Virus record (IMG/VR): IMGVR_UViG_3300046008_000242
Coordinates: 1 to 64,000 of that record
DNA from: a virus
Taxonomy: Duplodnaviria; Heunggongvirae; Uroviricota; Caudoviricetes
Reading direction: 5' to 3' (one strand)
Length of the DNA stretch: 64,000 nt
The position numbers and the translations under genes were made by a program. The notes beneath the pieces were generated by a model. The model made no database searches, was not told the origin of the DNA, and saw nothing but the letters and a program-made list of their open reading frames with translations. Positions 59,827 to 64,000 of the stretch are shown piece after piece; position 1 is the first letter of the stretch; each line of letters begins with the position of its first letter.

Positions 59827-62800
59827 TTAAGATGTTGCGATTGCTCTTAAATTTCTAACTCTAGGAACTTTCGCAGGATTATCCGAATACATGACAACTT
59901 TCACCGCAAACGATTTGAATGAATTGAATGTTGTATCTCCATATACGTAAGATACATTATCCAATTTATATTCATCAATAATAAAATCATCATTGTTCTT
60001 TGAGTAAGATTTTGTACCCGATAATGGAATTAACGTATAATCTTTACCCTTGAAATTAGAATAATCTTCATTGTTAATCATTTTGACATAAACTTCAATA
60101 TCAGTTCCATATTGTCTATTTACATCCAAGATTACTCTTATACCAGTTGCATCAAATCCTTCCGAAAGAGTGACCTTTTTGGTTACGTATTTGGATAACG
60201 CAGAACCATCTAATGGGTCAGTTTCCAATTTAATTAAATCCAATTTAGAATTAATCAGGTTATGGATAAACTTCGTATTCATTGTATGTTTCTGGATAAT
60301 CGGAGATACGTTTCTATCATGTGAAGATAAAATGGTTTTCAATTTAAACGCAGAAGCAGGTTTAGTTCTTTCCGTCAATAAAGTATCCGTGTTATTTTCA
60401 ACATCAACATAATCAATATAATTTCCAGTTAATGAAACAGAATACTTAGAAGAAGTCCCTGGAACAACATTTTCTGGAGAATTAAGATGGATTATATCAA
60501 CTTCAAAATTAGAATTGTTAGGTTTCATCTCAAGGATAACTTCTTGATTTGAATTTATATCGAATTCGCATTTGTATAATTTAAACATTAGATCTTTCAT
60601 CTGGTCTGCATTCCAAGTTCTAGCGTTTTGTGACATAAAGAACGAACCAACAGAACCATCTGGATTATTCTCTGAAATCAATTTACCATCTGAGACATCT
60701 ATTTGACCTAATTCTCCAACAAACACTCTATACTCCTTAGAAGTAGAACCGACAATGATAGAGTATTCTCCTGGAGCAAGATAAACAGGATCCGAGAAAT
60801 TAAACGGCGTTGGTGTTGGTGTTATGATTCCAACCAGAGAACTAGGTATATTAACATCCGAATTGTTTAACTCCACTCTAGAATAGGTTAATTTAGAATC
60901 AGATGACGGATAACCATTTATGGTTTTTCTCATTTCAATCCAAACAGGAATAGTTAGATCTGATGGTTTAGAGTAGAAGAAAATATCAGCCTTACTTAAA
61001 AACAAACCATTTGGAAATTGTTCTGGTGAAATATAGAATGTTTGAGCCACTGGATCCAATGAGAACGGTTTACCCAACGATGTTTTATAAGAACCAATTG
61101 TGGTCTTACCATTAACAACAGCGGAAATCTTAATATCAAAATCCCCATGGTATCCTTTAGATAACGTAACAGTTCCAGAATGTGTATTTCCAGAGAATGA
61201 ATTAACATCTAATGTAGCAGAACCTCTTGAAATTACATTACCAGCAGAAGGAACCGTAACGGATAAAGAAGTTGTTCCAGTGAATCCAGACGGTGATATT
61301 TTTACAGTGTATGGAATATGAAATTCATATTTGTACCCTAATGCCAATTGTTTCTTTTCGGCTGCAGAAATTTCAGAGAATGAAATACTTGGAGTGTATT
61401 CAATTTCTTTATCTTTGTTAAGAATGTTAATCGCTTGCGTCAATTTATTACCAGACGTTGTCGGAGAAACATTCACTGGAATAGTAACGGAACTAGAAGT
61501 GTTTGATTTAATGTTAGAACCATTCACAAATAACGTAATACTAGATCCTTTGTTAACAGAATAATTTGGAGTGAATTTAATTGATATTGTGGCGGAATAA
61601 TATTGACTACCAGAAGAACCACCGACACTGAACGACGGATTAGCTATATTTTTAAATTCAGTAGATACCCCAACAATTTGTACGGAAGTTACGTTGACTA
61701 CATTATCACCAACAGTCCAACCAAATGGTATAACAGTTCCAGATGGCAGATAATTTGTTTCCACTTTAAACGACACTTCTCCAGCAGTTTCAAATACATC
61801 AGATGTTTGTAATGCTGTAATGTTAATTGATGCTGGAGAAGGAGGTGCCTCTTTAACCACCAACGATTTACTAACATCACCAACAGAAAATAATGCAGAA
61901 GAACTGGTTAAGTTGGTAACATTATCATTGATTGCTTTAAATGATGCACTCCATGTATCAACAAATTCCGTTCTCTTTTTAGTGACTGTTCCACTATTAG
62001 AACCACCAACATATTCAACCAATTTTGAATTGTATTTCAACGTGGATAATTCGCCATCTTTTATTGTATCTGTTACAAGAACATTAAACGATTCACCTTC
62101 TACAACCTCATTAACAGTAAGTTCATATTGTTTAAACGATAGATTTCTATATGGGATAGAAGTGTTAATGAAATATGATGTTGAACTTGGGTTAGAAGAT
62201 AAGATACCTGGATCCAATGATTTACCACTAACGGTAACTGTATTAGATTCATTCAAAATCATTTTATCTAATGGGGTGTCGTTTACATAATAGAATGTTT
62301 TGGTTGAATTCCCTTTAGGTACAACATAATCAACAACACCTGGAGAGAGTACAGCACCAGAACCATCCGCATAACATGATTTTATATTGGCATTAGAAAC
62401 AAAGAATGTTAATCTCAAGACTCCACCAGCGTTAGCTACGTTAGATGTAGTCAATGTAATGGTTGAAACTTTTTTCAATGTACCATTACTCAATTTAGTA
62501 CCAACAGCGGTTGCTTGCGTATCCGAATCTGATGTGATAGAGAATGAACCCGTTTCAGTGGTCGATGAAGATACAGTTCTGTTAAATTCAGTAGATACGC
62601 CATTGAAATCTTTAAAGAAGAATCTAACTTCTTTAGATGCACCAGTTATATATCCAGCTGTAATTTTGTAATAGAATGGGAAAGAACGGTTTCCATCGGC
62701 ATCTACGAAATTTTGTAATTTAACAAATCCACTAGCGTCTACCGTCAACGTATTTTGAAATTTATCATAATATGTTATACCAGTTGAGATAACAGCATTT

Positions 62801-64000
62801 GATGCATTATCCCAAATTTTCATTAAGAAATAATCTTCTGATGCATTATTAACCGAAACAGATCCAGATGTTATTTTATCTTGAGTTGTATTGGTTACGT
62901 CTGCTGTTATATTTCTAACACCTTGGGTCGGTAAATTAATATCACCTGTTGTGGAACCATTAGATACAGCAATTTTTATATCGCCAGCCTTACCAGTTTT
63001 GTTTTTAATGTTAACCGATGCAACGCCATAGAATGTAACAGCTGGTGTTATATTACCACTAGAATCAATCGATGTTATACTAGCGGTAGAAGAAACATTA
63101 GATGAATTAACATAATACACATCAATACTAACATCAGAAGAAAGATTTAATGCCCCATAATTAAAAATCTTCAGAACGTGTGCGTCCGTTGAAGCAAAAT
63201 TGTTTGGAGTTATACTCACTAGACCAGTTTCATTTATTGAAACAGATGGGTTAGATGTCGTTAATTTATACGATTTCACCCCAGTTTTCGATACAATAGA
63301 TTTTACAACATTAGAACTAGAAATGTTGGTGTTATCAGTTTTAATTTGGATAACTGTTAAATTGTAAGAATCATTGGCATTTTTAGCATTGGTGTTTAAT
63401 TTAATAGAAACACCGCTGTTGAAATTTGGAATTGAATAATAAAGGGCATTTGATGTACCAAAAGTCGAAACGATATTTGAGTTCGTTGGAGTTACATTAG
63501 CTAATGTATTGTAATTACTCTGAACAACAAAATCGCCAGCGGCTGCAGTCAATACACTATAAGGATCCGACGGTTTAATTAAAATATACGTATTCAATTC
63601 GTCAGCAATGTTACTAGAGATGTTGTAATTTTCTACAACGTTGTATCCCATTGAAACAGGAGATTTACCAGAAACATTACTTAATACAATAGATTCTCTT
63701 AATGAAGGAGCATTCTGTAATTTCAAACTATTTGAACCCGTTACAACACTAGATGTATCCGAATACGTTGATTTGAAACTAACGCAATCCACTTTAATTG
63801 AAGCAGATAACGATGAACTAGAAACCGGAGTAGAAGAATTATTGGTTACATAGATTGTTCTGGTGATGGTTTTATCAGCACTGAAAAAGTCTTCTAATGA
63901 TGTTGGAGTAGAAACTTTAGAACCATTCAAATCCGTTGTGACGTCAATCAAAGAAGAAGAAATGTTATATTTCAACGACGATTGGATAGACGCAGATGCT
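59827..64000 (-). CDS. Large virion/baseplate-associated protein (DUF4815/VrlC-like C-terminus), 5'-truncated by window
   Basis: DPVAQTF, DIFF.SKP, NGYPS, GSFFMSQN..TW..Q..DL.F, KYVTK.V.L, PRVRNLRAIA. Confidence 0.8.
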   Translation of the reverse strand, partial: ASASIQSSLKYNISSSLIDVTTDLNGSKVSTPTSLEDFFSADKTITRTIYVTNNSSTPVSSSSLSASIKVDCVSFKSTYSDTSSVVTGSNSLKLQNAPSLRESIVLSNVSGKSPVSMGYNVVENYNISSNIADELNTYILIKPSDPYSVLTAAAGDFVVQSNYNTLANVTPTNSNIVSTFGTSNALYYSIPNFNSGVSIKLNTNAKNANDSYNLTVIQIKTDNTNISSSNVVKSIVSKTGVKSYKLTTSNPSVSINETGLVSITPNNFASTDAHVLKIFNYGALNLSSDVSIDVYYVNSSNVSSTASITSIDSSGNITPAVTFYGVASVNIKNKTGKAGDIKIAVSNGSTTGDINLPTQGVRNITADVTNTTQDKITSGSVSVNNASEDYFLMKIWDNASNAVISTGITYYDKFQNTLTVDASGFVKLQNFVDADGNRSFPFYYKITAGYITGASKEVRFFFKDFNGVSTEFNRTVSSSTTETGSFSITSDSDTQATAVGTKLSNGTLKKVSTITLTTSNVANAGGVLRLTFFVSNANIKSCYADGSGAVLSPGVVDYVVPKGNSTKTFYYVNDTPLDKMILNESNTVTVSGKSLDPGILSSNPSSTSYFINTSIPYRNLSFKQYELTVNEVVEGESFNVLVTDTIKDGELSTLKYNSKLVEYVGGSNSGTVTKKRTEFVDTWSASFKAINDNVTNLTSSSALFSVGDVSKSLVVKEAPPSPASINITALQTSDVFETAGEVSFKVETNYLPSGTVIPFGWTVGDNVVNVTSVQIVGVSTEFKNIANPSFSVGGSSGSQYYSATISIKFTPNYSVNKGSSITLFVNGSNIKSNTSSSVTIPVNVSPTTSGNKLTQAINILNKDKEIEYTPSISFSEISAAEKKQLALGYKYEFHIPYTVKISPSGFTGTTSLSVTVPSAGNVISRGSATLDVNSFSGNTHSGTVTLSKGYHGDFDIKISAVVNGKTTIGSYKTSLGKPFSLDPVAQTFYISPEQFPNGLFLSKADIFFYSKPSDLTIPVWIEMRKTINGYPSSDSKLTYSRVELNNSDVNIPSSLVGIITPTPTPFNFSDPVYLAPGEYSIIVGSTSKEYRVFVGELGQIDVSDGKLISENNPDGSVGSFFMSQNARTWNADQMKDLMFKLYKCEFDINSNQEVILEMKPNNSNFEVDIIHLNSPENVVPGTSSKYSVSLTGNYIDYVDVENNTDTLLTERTKPASAFKLKTILSSHDRNVSPIIQKHTMNTKFIHNLINSKLDLIKLETDPLDGSALSKYVTKKVTLSEGFDATGIRVILDVNRQYGTDIEVYVKMINNEDYSNFKGKDYTLIPLSGTKSYSKNNDDFIIDEYKLDNVSYVYGDTTFNSFKSFAVKVVMYSDNPAKVPRVRNLRAIATS

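Noticed and set aside
1-64000. Alternative genetic code
   Set aside because: Core genes read through intact under the standard code and end with TAA, TAG or TGA.

Overview
64-kb segment of an AT-rich T4-like myophage genome, with almost all genes on the minus strand. It contains a replication block (hsp20, lysozyme, regA, gp62/gp44/gp45), topoisomerase II genes, a Dam-type methylase, uvsW and uvsY, clusters of small early ORFs, the head/tail module (gp3, gp23-gp13), and tail-fibre/baseplate-associated genes. Standout features: (1) a complete diversity-generating retroelement (target with VR, hairpin, avd, TR, RT) in the tail-fibre region; all ~20 TR/VR mismatches fall at TR adenines, and the RT is broken by a 1-bp insertion. 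(2) A fractured topoisomerase II large subunit carrying a naturally split intein, with a free-standing Vsr-like endonuclease between the halves. (3) A family of eight ~300-360-bp mosaic non-coding repeats; all seven near-complete copies carry a conserved sigma70-type promoter, and four lead ~170 nt later into a terminator. Also present: six homing-type endonucleases, a tRNA(CAT) inside a duplication flanking an HNH gene, a ROSE-like thermometer before hsp20, and a UvsW lacking its C-terminal motifs. All calls come from reading the sequence; no database searches were run.
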